Below, piece after piece: positions 1-11,700 of a stretch of DNA of 58,314 nucleotides (position 1 is the first letter of the stretch; each line of letters starts with the position of its first letter). The notes beneath the pieces were generated by a model. The model ran no database searches. It was not told the origin of the DNA and was given only the letters and a program-made list of their open reading frames with translations. Origin of the DNA: Halocafeteria seosinensis (taxonomy: Eukaryota); the NCBI GenBank assembly GCA_001687465.1, contig LVLI01000626.1:1-58314 (forward strand). Reading direction: 5' to 3'. The position numbers were made by a program, and so were the translations under genes.

Positions 1-301
<301 letters not shown>

Positions 302-357
302 GTTACCTTTGAATAGATATATTCATTTGGTATTTAACCCTTCCAAACCAAACAAAC

Positions 358-374
358 GGTGTTTTGTAAACACC
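358..374 (+). promoter_or_regulatory. Histone mRNA 3' stem-loop (17-nt variant) of left H4
   Basis: AAAC-GGTGTTTTGTAAACACC-ACC, 56 nt after the stop; the same motif follows the other three core-histone genes. Confidence 0.9.
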
Positions 375-1827
375 ACCTATGCGTACATTATTCCATGAGT
401 AGCTGGTCCGTTGAGTATCCTACCCCCTTTGTTCCCTACTTATATGTTGCTAATTGAGCTGCTGTTATGCATAGTGGAGCGCTGGTGCTGAGTATTTACT
501 TCCTAATGCGCTGAGGAGTGCAGCAATGCAACGTATGCTTCCTTTGACACTCGTTCTGGTTGCAACTGTCGGCCAGAACGCTTATAGCTCTGCTCTTTAG
601 ATTCCACGAATTCATGCATGCGTGAATTAGAAGTGAATGAGTTTTGCTGTGGTCGTTTCGTGCGTCGTGGCTAAGCCCTACAGGTATTATGCCATATATG
701 GGGCGAGTTGTTCGCGCAGCCAACAAAGCTCCACGTTGTAGGGCGTGGCGCCACAGCGGCTTCAGTGACCACGAGTATCATACGGAGCTACCAAAATGTT
801 TCTGGATAAGGGACGCTGATATCTTATTGCAGATTCTGTACCGACGTCTGTGGGAGCTATGTAGCCTATGTAATAGAACACTACTTCACAGCAGAAATTC
901 CCGAGCGGTCGCGCTGTCAATGACGAGCCCGCGATGCAGGCGCCAAAAAAGCAAGGAAGCATGCGACACACGACCTCATTCATCGGAGCGGGGTCTTTCT
1001 TCCATATCAATGCAGGTTGCATCGAGTAACTGCACAGTGTCAACCGTTGTTCCGTATGTTTAGCAAATCTTCAACAGGGGGACGCAGCGTTGACCAATAT
1101 GCCATCAACTTGGAGTGAGAAGGATGAGTGCCCCGATAATGCAACAAAGCATGTCGACAAACACGTTGCCCCTGACGTAGGAGATTTGGGTGTTGGATAC
1201 TTCATCGTCTGCTGCTAGTCTGGTTGCGGCAGCAGTCTGCACAACACTTAAAATGCACGAAGTTACATGGTTGATAAATGATGTAGAGACGCAACATAGG
1301 GGTTATCGCAGTAGTACTCTGTATATGCGTATATAGGGAAAAGTAGTAGGTGCACTCGTATATTTTGAACAGGCATCTGCGAGACAGCTCTCAACCAAGG
1401 AACGAGTTCAACGGCTAGTAACAAGAAATCAGCTCCACAGAAGAAAACAGGGAAAATGCTCTTGCAGATCCCACAAGTGCGTCAGTTGGGAGGAACTGAC
1501 ATCGCAGAGCAGTGGTTTTGAAGCGTATACCCTTGCATGGCATGCACAACCACTCTTCTGTTAGAGCTCGGAAACTGAGGCCAGTGCGGGTTCAGAAAAA
1601 AAGTTATATCATACCATCGCGGGGAAACATAGGACTTTATAACCAAACAAGGATTTAGGTGATAAGCTCCTATCGGATCCCTTCAGAAAAAATTTGTCGC
1701 TGTAACCATAGCAAGTTCAACTTGGGTTGCTCTGGATATGGACCGTCAGCTTGAATGCCGTTAAACAAACAAACAAACCTGAGGTGCCGTGATTCGTGTT
1801 GAACAATTGCTACACTTTCCGTGGGAC

Positions 1828-2650
1828 TTAGCGCTTGCCCGCGGTCTTCCTCGCGCCAGTCTTCTTCGTTGCAGGGGCTTTCTTTGCCTTAGTAGTGCTT
1901 GCTGACTTTTTAGCGGGGCTGGCAGCTCGCTTCTTCGAGGTGGTACTAGCGGCCTTCTTAGTGCTGCCAGTGCTTTTCTTTGAGGACTTAGATGCTTGTG
2001 AAGATGTACTTCCACGCCGAGCAGACTTAGCAGATGCTGGTTTCTTAGCAGTAGTGGCAGCGGCCTTCTTGGGAGTTGCAGCTTTCTTCGTAGCAGTTGA
2101 CTTCGTCGTCGCCGGCGAAGCTCTCTTTGCGGGTGTCTTCCTGGCAGATGTAGCCTTCTTTGTTGTGGTGGACGACTTCTTGGCGGTGCTTCCAGCTTTT
2201 TTAGTAGTGGAAGTAGATTTCTTTGCTGTCGAGGTAGACTTCTTAGCGGTGGTGCTCTTCTTGGCTGCAGACTTCTTCGTTGCATTCGGGCCAAGCTTGA
2301 AGGAGCCGGCTGCAAGTTGAAATTGCAAGGGAAATCAGTGAAGGGGCCGACATAGGGGGAAAGGAAACTACAAAAAAGGTTGGTTTCCGCGCGCACAGAC
2401 CGTTAGAACACCTCATCTTTGAGGAGGCCTATGGAGTCATTTACTTACTGTGCTGATGATGATGTGCCAATGAGTTTTCTTCTATTCCTTTCTTCAATGC
2501 ATTATTGAAGAGATGGTTCTTAACTTCCATCTTGTAGTTGCTCTCGATCCACTTTTTGATCGCCGCTCTGGAGGACCCAGTTCGGTCGGCCAAGGCCACA
2601 ATGGCGTTGTGGATCATCTCTTTATAAGAGGGTTTTCCTTTAGTAGACAT
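1828..2650 (-). CDS. H1: Linker histone H1, 2 exons (2650-2449, 2309-1828)
   Basis: Globular domain KPSYKEMIHNAIVALADRTGSSRAAIKKWIESNY; GTAAGT...TTGCAG intron 2448-2310 joins in frame to give HTGSFKL, followed by a K/A/S/T-rich tail. Confidence 0.95.
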
Positions 2651-3734
2651 TTTCGCGTTTACTTGAGGGTAAAGAAAAAAGAACTGCGATTCACATGAGC
2701 ATAATACATCTCGTGAAGGATGACTAGAACCTTGCAAAACATGGCCTCAAAACTGAGGTGTCGGTTAAAAACTTTCCAGACTCAGGCCCCTAACGCTCCC
2801 TTTGGCATTGAAATTGAAATACAAACACCATTTGAATACAAACTTCACAGCTAATTCAAACAAGGATCACGCGCACATCCGGGAATATACATACCAAACG
2901 ACGTTTGCACGATGGAAAAAATTAAAGAGCAAAAGGAGTCTCTCTCTGTTCGCAGAAACGTTCACCAGCTTCTTTCAAACCGCAGTCACTTAATGATTCT
3001 ACGTCGTGGCTGGAACCGGGAACGTTGCCAACCTTGGCCACCACTTTGGTGCGGAAAACGGGTTTCCGCACCCCAGTGCTAAAATGCTCGCAGTACTCAA
3101 CATAGCTCCTCGACGGCCATTGTAATGACTGGAAATGTGAAGAATAACACATACAAGGTGTGCAGAATCGTATACAGTTATAGAGTTAAGCCACAGAGAA
3201 CTCAAAAAGCACGTAGCTGGTCTGCGCGCGCCCACAGGTCGCCCTGGTTGAAGTTGTGCCAACTGATGCATCCAACTATGCAACCCCAATGGTCTAAGTG
3301 ATACAGCCGCTGTGGCACCACAGATTCAACTTCGGACTATTTGCTGCCATGGCAATTATCATCGACGATGGGGTACTCTTCACCAAGTTACCAAACAAAA
3401 GAGATATGCATCGTTTCTCCTATCCCGAATGGCAGCCAGAAGGTGTAACAACAACGCTCCACGTCGGCTTCAGAAGCTCAACAGCAAGTCGGCAACGGAA
3501 TTCCAGCACCTAAAATGGTTAACTCAGCACACTTCGAAGTGATAGAGCTTCAAGAATAAACGAGCCCCAAGCCCCAAGGATCAGCGTGTATCGGTTGGGA
3601 GGAAGGGGTAATGCATCTCTGTGTCACACCGCGTCCGAGCAGCTCTCATAACTGACTCACCACAGCATGCCGTACTTCGCTCCGAAGTCTCAATCCATAG
3701 AGTTGTTATGCCCTTCATAGTTCGCGTTGTCATT

Positions 3735-6700
3735 TTAAAGAATTCTATCTCTCCGTGTCTCTATCAGTTTCACTATTTCTTGCGGGGTTCTCTCCATGCT
3801 TGATGCCACCTTCTTCTGCTGCCCGGGTGGTAACGCGGCAAACGCCTCGCACAAATCTCCATCAACGACGTCTGCATACGAAAAAAAGACGTGTATCAAT
3901 CAAGGTATGGTATTTCGAGAAATAGACAAGCCTACATAAATTTATGCATCCTTGAAAACTTGAAACTAAAAGAGTTTACTAGACATACTTTGCACGGGCA
4001 CGTGGTATCCCCGATATGCCATGTGGTCTCGTCCTAGCACAGTAAACCCATCCTTTTCCTGATTGGTATTGCGCATGAAGAGTTCCAAATGAGTGAACGT
4101 ATCCAATTCGGCCTTCGTGCTAAAAGGAGCAAGTGCGCCCAATCTGTGTACATCGGCATTGCATAGTTCACACATTGCTAGAGTTCACACACTGGGGTAC
4201 TTACTTCCCCGTTATAGTGCTGTACAGTATGCATTCCTGGCCACCTGGAAGGGAAGCTTTCTGGAGTGAGGTAACGACGCTTCCTACGTGGAAGCTGGCC
4301 ACTTGTTCCGCTTTTTGAGAAGCTCCGTGTAAGTGTCCACTCTCCCAAAGCACCCTGTCCCCGGTGGGGTTGGCGATGTTATCGTCCACACCTTCTGGAA
4401 GGCGCAACATGCATACGTTACCGAATTTGTCCCCAGCAGCTACCGTTTCCTTATCTGTCAAACGATAACCGAGTCCACTGAACACATACGCACAGCCAAG
4501 CTTCTTCGAAGGGGGCAACATACCGATAGGGAGGACAGCATTGGGCATCAAATGTCGTGGCAAGATGTCATCGGCGAAGATTGAAATGCTGTTGTTAATT
4601 TGATTGTACTTGCAGAAATGTACGCTCTCCTGCGAGTCACCGACGTAAATGCGATCACCCGCGGAGAATAGCGATACAATGGTGCTGCAGAAGCCTCTGG
4701 CTTGTGCTTTCCGCAATAATTTCTTTTTCCCTAATTCTGTGCATACCAAACAGTACAATCGTAACTAATATAGAGTAGTAGAGGTACACGTCTATACATA
4801 CCATATATCCTTACGGCTGAGCCGACACCCACTAGAAGCCGTCCCTGGAAAGGGCACATTGCATACGGCAGTTCTTCGACGGGAGTGTTATGAATAAATT
4901 GCAACCCTAATGTCCCTTGGGGTGTGTACACCACCTTATATGTTCTAATTGCACACTCTCCATATTTCCGAGGATGATATTGCATATCCTTAACAATGCC
5001 TACGAGTACATATTGTTCTTGCGCTCCTGGAACGATACCCGAAGAACCACCGAAGACAAGCCCAAGGATGCTGATCGCCGCTTCATTGTCTTGCAGCTCT
5101 ATAATAGCTTGATCGGTCTGTGTAGCAAGATCGTAGAGCCGAATGCAAGACGCCCATTTTCCACCTTCCGGTGGCAACGGGTATCCAATTCTCCGGGAAC
5201 TGGGACCATGCTTTTCTTCGTCGTCATCGTTGTCTTCCTCTTCGTCTTCGTCCTCCATGCGGTCTTCGTCCTTATTTTGATTCGTCTTATTTTCTTCTTC
5301 GTCTTCCTTTAAGGTTTTCTCAATTTCGGCTCGTTCAGCTTCATTGTAACTATTGTGATCGCTCTCGATTATTGCAGCCACGTGTTTCGCTAGAGGAAGA
5401 AGTGCGCATTTCCGGGGTGTGTATCGTAGGGGAATAACGGTCGAGTCAAAATTTTCCCCTACCTGATCAACATTCAAGATCCGGAGTGTTGAACCACAAA
5501 CTGCTACCAGACCCTCCGAGCACACTTCTGAACAAAAATTTGCACCAGCCTCTAGCGGCGTATATGCCAGGGGTGTGGACATATAACGCCCTTCGTGAAA
5601 ATAACAAAGCCACGTTCTTGCCGAGATAGCAAGAACTGCTCGGCAACCAGCTACTGTTACTGGATACAGGTTTACTGCCCGAGGGCCCAGAAACCGCGTC
5701 CTGGTATCTTGTAGGGTTCCAGCTATTTTATCCACCTTAGTTCGTTGCAAAATCCCATTTTGGAGACCAATAAAGAGGAACAAACTCTCATCAGTACCCG
5801 CATCCGAGATAGCGCCTCCAGTGCCTAAAATCACACCTGCTCCGGAAGCAGTTGTAGACCCGCTAACTGCTCCCGAGGTTGATGCTGCCGTGGACATTCG
5901 GACGAACAGCATCGACTCCGGCACTCCGTTTACAGCTTGAAACGAAACCTGCTGAAGGGCGCTGCCAGGATCTAGAGTCAAGACTCTGACAGTACTATTG
6001 GTATCGGCGACTGCCAGAAACGGCGCTCGCTGTCTCCCTGCAGGGACGCTCCCCAATGACAAAGCTGTTATATCCGGAGAGGCACTTGCTTGTCCAGAGT
6101 CTTCTTTGCCTTCGTATAGTTCTCGATTCGCAACTTCTGACAGCTCACCAGAAGCCTCAAGTTCGAAATAATAGATCTCTCCACCCGAAAGTGCAATAGC
6201 GGCTTGGGAGCTATTACAAACAGCATGGGTTATCACTTTCTTCCCAGGAGGTTTCCACTCTACAACACGTCGCTCTTCTCCAACTGCGCGAATATGCCTC
6301 ATGGATGCGTTCGTAATTTGTAAATATGCACGATCCCGTAGTAAAGCAGCAGCTAGAGTAGGTGCATTCGTAGCGAAGCCAGAGTCGTTGACCTCTTCTA
6401 CTGTTTCTCCGATTGAGAGAACCAAACTCGCATTCGCGAAGCTGACAACTATGTACTTGTCGTATGCCTCTCTCCCAATTTCACCTTCACGGGGCAGACC
6501 CAGAGAAGTCAAATCGTCGTCGGATATGTCAGTATCATGCCCTGGAACGGTGAAAACAGATCCAGGGTTACCAGGCATATCTGAAACGGCGATTTCATTC
6601 ACGTGTAGTCCGTGGCTCAACATGCGTAAACTACTTCTCGAACTACGTCCACACAGGGCTACTACTTGAGGATTGCCATCTCCCTTAATGTCTCTAATGC

Positions 6701-8369
6701 GCATGTCCATGATAGGACTAAGGCTGGGAATGGTGTCCACATTCGATAAGTTGGTTAATTTCCGCGGATTAAATACAGGGCAAGATATTTCCGCTTCTTC
6801 ATCTTCTAGATTCTCCAACTTTACAGCGTGCGCCGTTGCAGTATCATCATTCTCACCAATACCTGACGGATACACGAAAGAGTATGAAGCTGTGTAACAT
6901 GAAGAGGGGAAAACCCTTCCAACTGAGGGGCATACCTATGAACTGGTAAACATAGTGATCTCCGAACTCAGCTCCAGCGAACAGATATCCATTCTTGGTA
7001 ATACAGAGAGAAGTCGTAGGAGGGACTGCAGGTAGTGTAAAGACAATGTCGATGCAGCGGTAAGCGCAGTAGTAGTGCAAGTAATAGTAACCTACCGGTA
7101 TCGAAATATTGTACAATCAAGTCGGTCACCTTATCCTCTTTGAATTGAACATTGACCTGAGGGTTACTCGTAACTCTTCATAGTCACAATCGCTTACTCG
7201 GACACAAACCAAACTGGAACTTACCTTGTAAAGGTCTCCGAGCTCCGATTGTACCAAAAAGAAAAACATATCTCGCTTTCGGTGAGTCGCGTGGGAAATC
7301 AGCAGCAGGCCTCTTTCGTCTGGCATGTCGTTTCTACGAGGGATAGGAGTTCGAAGAGACTCATGATTTTCATGCTCCCACCAAACCCAGTTTTCTGCCA
7401 AAACAAGGACGCCTCCCGGACCGGATGAGCCACCGGGGACAGGGATCAGAGCGTTCGCCCCGCGATCCGTCTCCTGAGTCCATCTGCGGGTAACATGATT
7501 TAGTCCGAGGTCCAGTTCATAATACGTCAACATCTGCGTATACAAGAATAAAACACATCAATCAGGGATTTTTCGCGTCTTTGTTCGCGCGTCCATATCA
7601 CATACTTTCGGAGTTTCCGCTGCTACCTCTCCACTGGGATCCTCGTCAGCTTCATTGTAATCCATCTCTATACAGGCGAAAATGGGGTTCTCGAAACCAA
7701 CATCGACGCCACACATGTCAAATACGAGGTTGTGACTCTTATGTGCTTCTAACGGGGAGCTAATAGTAAGGTGTCGGGCACTATCTCTGTTCATCACGTA
7801 TACGAATTTTTGCTTCTCCACCGCCGCTGTATCAGACGTGGACCCACCAAAGATGAAAAAACAACGCAAATATGCAAACATTTGAACATTATGGATTCCT
7901 TACATATACAGATGGCCCTTCCAGCAGGATCAGCAGCTAAATACTCCCCTGGTACGATTCGTCTTACACCTGATTTCCCGAATTCTTCCAGGTGAACTCG
8001 CACGAATGCGTGCGCTGTGGGGTCATACTGGAGAACGCCGATCGCTCCAGCATCTGATCCGACTACAAGAAAATCCGTCTTGTCTCCCGGGAGGCGAAAT
8101 GTGGCAAGGGAGCGTACATTGGCAAATGTATCTGTGGTGGCAATTCCTACAAGTTTTCCATCATCATTTTGCACTTTATACAGCTCCAACCGTGAGTCCT
8201 TGGAGATGACAATCTCCTGCGCTTTGGGTCCACTAAATTGCCCTGTATTAGGAACACATTCATGTATGATGTAAAGGGGGAAAAATAGCAAAATGTCCCC
8301 AAACTTACCCCAAATGGCCTTGGAAATGGCGGTGGAGCGCTGCAGTGTCAGATTGTAGAGGGACGGCAT
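3735..8369 (-). CDS. SF3B3: Splicing factor 3B subunit 3 (SAP130/Rse1), 11 exons
   Basis: [76 protein letters not shown]. Frame-restoring GT-AG introns at 8308-8243, 7903-7827, 7605-7534, 7224-7157, 7095-7026, 6935-6863, 4801-4737, 4523-4455, 4204-4144, 3988-3872. Confidence 0.97.
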
Positions 8370-8710
8370 CCTTCTTCTCGATACTACTCACAGAGAGACA
8401 AAACGAACGACGACTGGCAGGAAAGAAAGAAAGTAAAAGCACCCCAACAACACTACTAGATACTAGATATCATCATCATGAATGGAAAAAGGACATGATA
8501 TCTTCCGTGTGCCAGTTCGACGATTTGTTTGTCGCATCCGAGACAACGGAAAGATTGTCGTCTTTTGCCGAGGGAATCCAAGCCGCACAAGGATAGGGAG
8601 TTCATCCATTTACATGCAACGTAATAGCGTGGGTTAGGGTGGTCCAGAGTACAAGTGGAGACGTGGAGAGAATGACCGCCTTCCTCCATCGTCGTGGAGC
8701 CTGACCAACC

Positions 8711-11700
8711 ATGTTGTCGTTGAACGATCGAGTAGATATTCCCTCTCGGTTTCAAACCAACTGTGGACGCGTCCGGTACATTGGGAAAGTCAATTTCGGC
8801 GGTGATGACGATGCTCGAGGGGAAGATGTCTATGGAGCTCGGCAGTCTCATGAGGACAGTGACGTGTGGGTGGGAATTGAATTGGATAGCCCGTGGGGCA
8901 ATACGGACGGCAGTGTAGATGTAAGTGGCGTTATTGAGGTTCTTGAATACTAGGTAGGTGTGTATGTATGTACGTGTGTGTGCGTGTTATGTGGGTACTC
9001 GCAGGGCTACAGGTATTTTTCATGTTCGCCCGGTTACGGGCTATTTATGCCTGTCGATCTTGTCGTACGCAGTCAAGCGAGCAACCAACCACGCGGCTGG
9101 GACGACCGCGAAAGCAGCAGGGAGGACGGGTTAAACGTTAGTGAGTTTGCTGGTAAAATGCTTGCAAAGCATCGAAGTAATCAGGGGGATAGCGAGCTGT
9201 CCTCCAGTCCTAAGTCAAGGAGAACAGATTCTTATTCAAAAGTGTCTCCGCCTCAGAAACGTAATGAGGAGAGCTCCTGGAATCAATATCCGCATACAAC
9301 TGGCAGTGCAGAGCTAGGGCGTATCATGGCAACGTTTGATGATATCAGTAGAGGTAGGGAATCCCTGCAGGATCGTATCCGGGGTCTACAGATTCATGCC
9401 ACCGGGCACCAGCACTCTATAAGCAATGCTAGTGCAACAAGGGGCCACGAGAAGGACTCACAGCGGACTTCTTCTACTCCCTCAATGGGCTATACGTCTA
9501 CTTCAGATAGTCGTGGTGCGTTCAATTCAACTCATATCAATTTCCGTAGCTCTCAACCGCAGTATTGGAAAACTTCCGTGGCTGGCAAGCCAAGAGATGA
9601 CGTTTCAAACGGTGTACACGAGGTATCAGATGTAACGGAGGAACACAACGGGAATGAGTTCGTTCACTCACCTGCAAGACAAGTTGCTACGAAGCAGCGT
9701 CAACGGGATAAACAAAAAAAGGTGAACCAGAGGCTAATGCAGGACTTGCAAGCTCTGCAGTCTCAACTCGACGTATACGCGGATGAAAATAGGAAGCTAA
9801 GGAACGATTTAGAGGAGGCTGAGAAATACCGAAAGAAAAATGCGAAACTTCAGCGGAAGTATCGAGACGCAACAGCGAGAGAGAAAGAAATGAAGAGTGA
9901 TGCAAAAGAGATGAAAGCCGAGAGAGAATCCTTGCTCACAGAGGTAGAACAACTGTCCTTTCAAGTTAACAAACTCGAGCAGCAACAAGACTCAAACGCG
10001 ATAGTGCATGAAAGAGAGCAAAATCTTAGGAAGGAGTTGCATGAAACGAAGAAGCAGCTGTCCTTGTCCCGTCAAGAGCTTTCGAGACTCGATTTGGGCT
10101 GCCATGCCGCTGAAGCAAAGTCCTCCACGGAGAAGAGAAAACTGAAGAGTGTGTTGCACGACTTATCCAAACTTTGCGATAGCGCTCGCGATGTTATCGT
10201 GAATGCCGAACGAAAAGCAGCTGAGGCTGAGAGGGAAAAGGTGAAATTAAAGAGTGACAGAGATAACTTAGTTGTCCGAGTTAAGAGTGCGGCGATGCCC
10301 ACCAGTGAGAAACAGAATGGAGAGTACCATGATGAAAGTATCCATATCAAGAACGAGGCTCTACGACAGGAAATCGATCCTCATCTTATTCCTCTAGGTG
10401 AGTTACAGCGACAAAGAAAATATTGGGAGTCTGAGCGAAAGGATTTAGTGGATGAACTATCAACTCTGAAGGAGCAACAGAGGTCATTGGAGGATAAAAA
10501 TAGCTCGTTACAGGCGAGGGAGAAAGATGATCAAGCTGCTAAGCGTACATTGGAAAGACAGATACAAGAATTAAAGACGGAGCTCCTCAAGGAACGGGAC
10601 ACTTCTAAAGAGACTTGTCTCAACAGCACTAACGAGGAAACAAACAAGGAGGAAGGTCAACGAACTACATCCGAGCAACTGCGCGAAGAGCGCAACTTCG
10701 AAATGTCAAGGGCTGAAGACCTTGTAATACAGGTCAACGAATTGAACAAGCAAATACGTCTTTTAGATCATGATAAATACCTCAAAGATGAGCATATTCG
10801 CGAGCTTCGGGAAGAATTACACCGCATAAAAAGGGAAAATATGCAGCTGGAGACAGATAACCGGGAGTACGCAGCCCGTTTGCAAGACGAAGAGTTGTTG
10901 AAACACGGTGTTCGGGTGCAAAGCCAAGATATGATTACGCAGGCTAAAATGGAGCAGGATATTGTTCAGAAGCAGCGGGAAGCTGTGGAATACTTTCTTG
11001 AACAATCATGCGAACTGATTGGTCGGGCTCGAGTCTCTGAGGTCAAGAAGGCGATCGGAGAAACGTTTTCCCGAATACATAAATCATTCGAGGAGAACAA
11101 CCATCAGGCGTTCCTACCAACCTCGATTCTAGAACGAATTAACCGCTCATTAAGCGAAGTTAATATTTACATTCATACTGACGCCGCAAAGGATGGAGCG
11201 CCGCTGGATCAGTCGTACGAGTGTGAAATGTTGAATGAGCGCGTCACTCAATTGCTGCAGGAAAATGCGTCCTTGAAGTCCAGAATTGATGAAATAGAAC
11301 TTGCTAATTCAAACCTAATATCTACGCTTGACCAGTCAGAAAAACAGTTGGGGGGACTATCGGCCGTGCTTGAGAACACCGAAAACGAAAACGATTCCCT
11401 GCGGGAGCAGATTGCTCGGGTGCAACACAGCATGCAAACTCAACAACCTAGGCGGAACTTGGTGTCTTATCCGTATCCAACGCAGTACAATGGCTCGAAT
11501 GAGAATAGAGCAGGAGACGTCAACATCGATGCTATCATCGGCAGCAGTCAACGTCGCAACAAGGATGAACCTCGCAGAAGGCACACTGGGAAGCAACATT
11601 CCCGACATAGCAAGAGTCGTAGGCGACCCAGCTCTGCCACTTCTTCGGAGAGCAGTGACGAATCGATTGAGAGATCTGAGGGAGAGTCAGGAATTGACGA

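Noticed and set aside
1835..2320. Very hydrophobic 161-aa plus-strand ORF resembling a membrane protein
   Set aside because: Antisense of the Lys/Ala-rich H1 tail
3048..3082. Hairpin followed by CTAA as a Helitron 3' end
   Set aside because: The following base is not the expected T, and no 5' end or Rep/helicase remnant is visible; kept only as an unexplained hairpin
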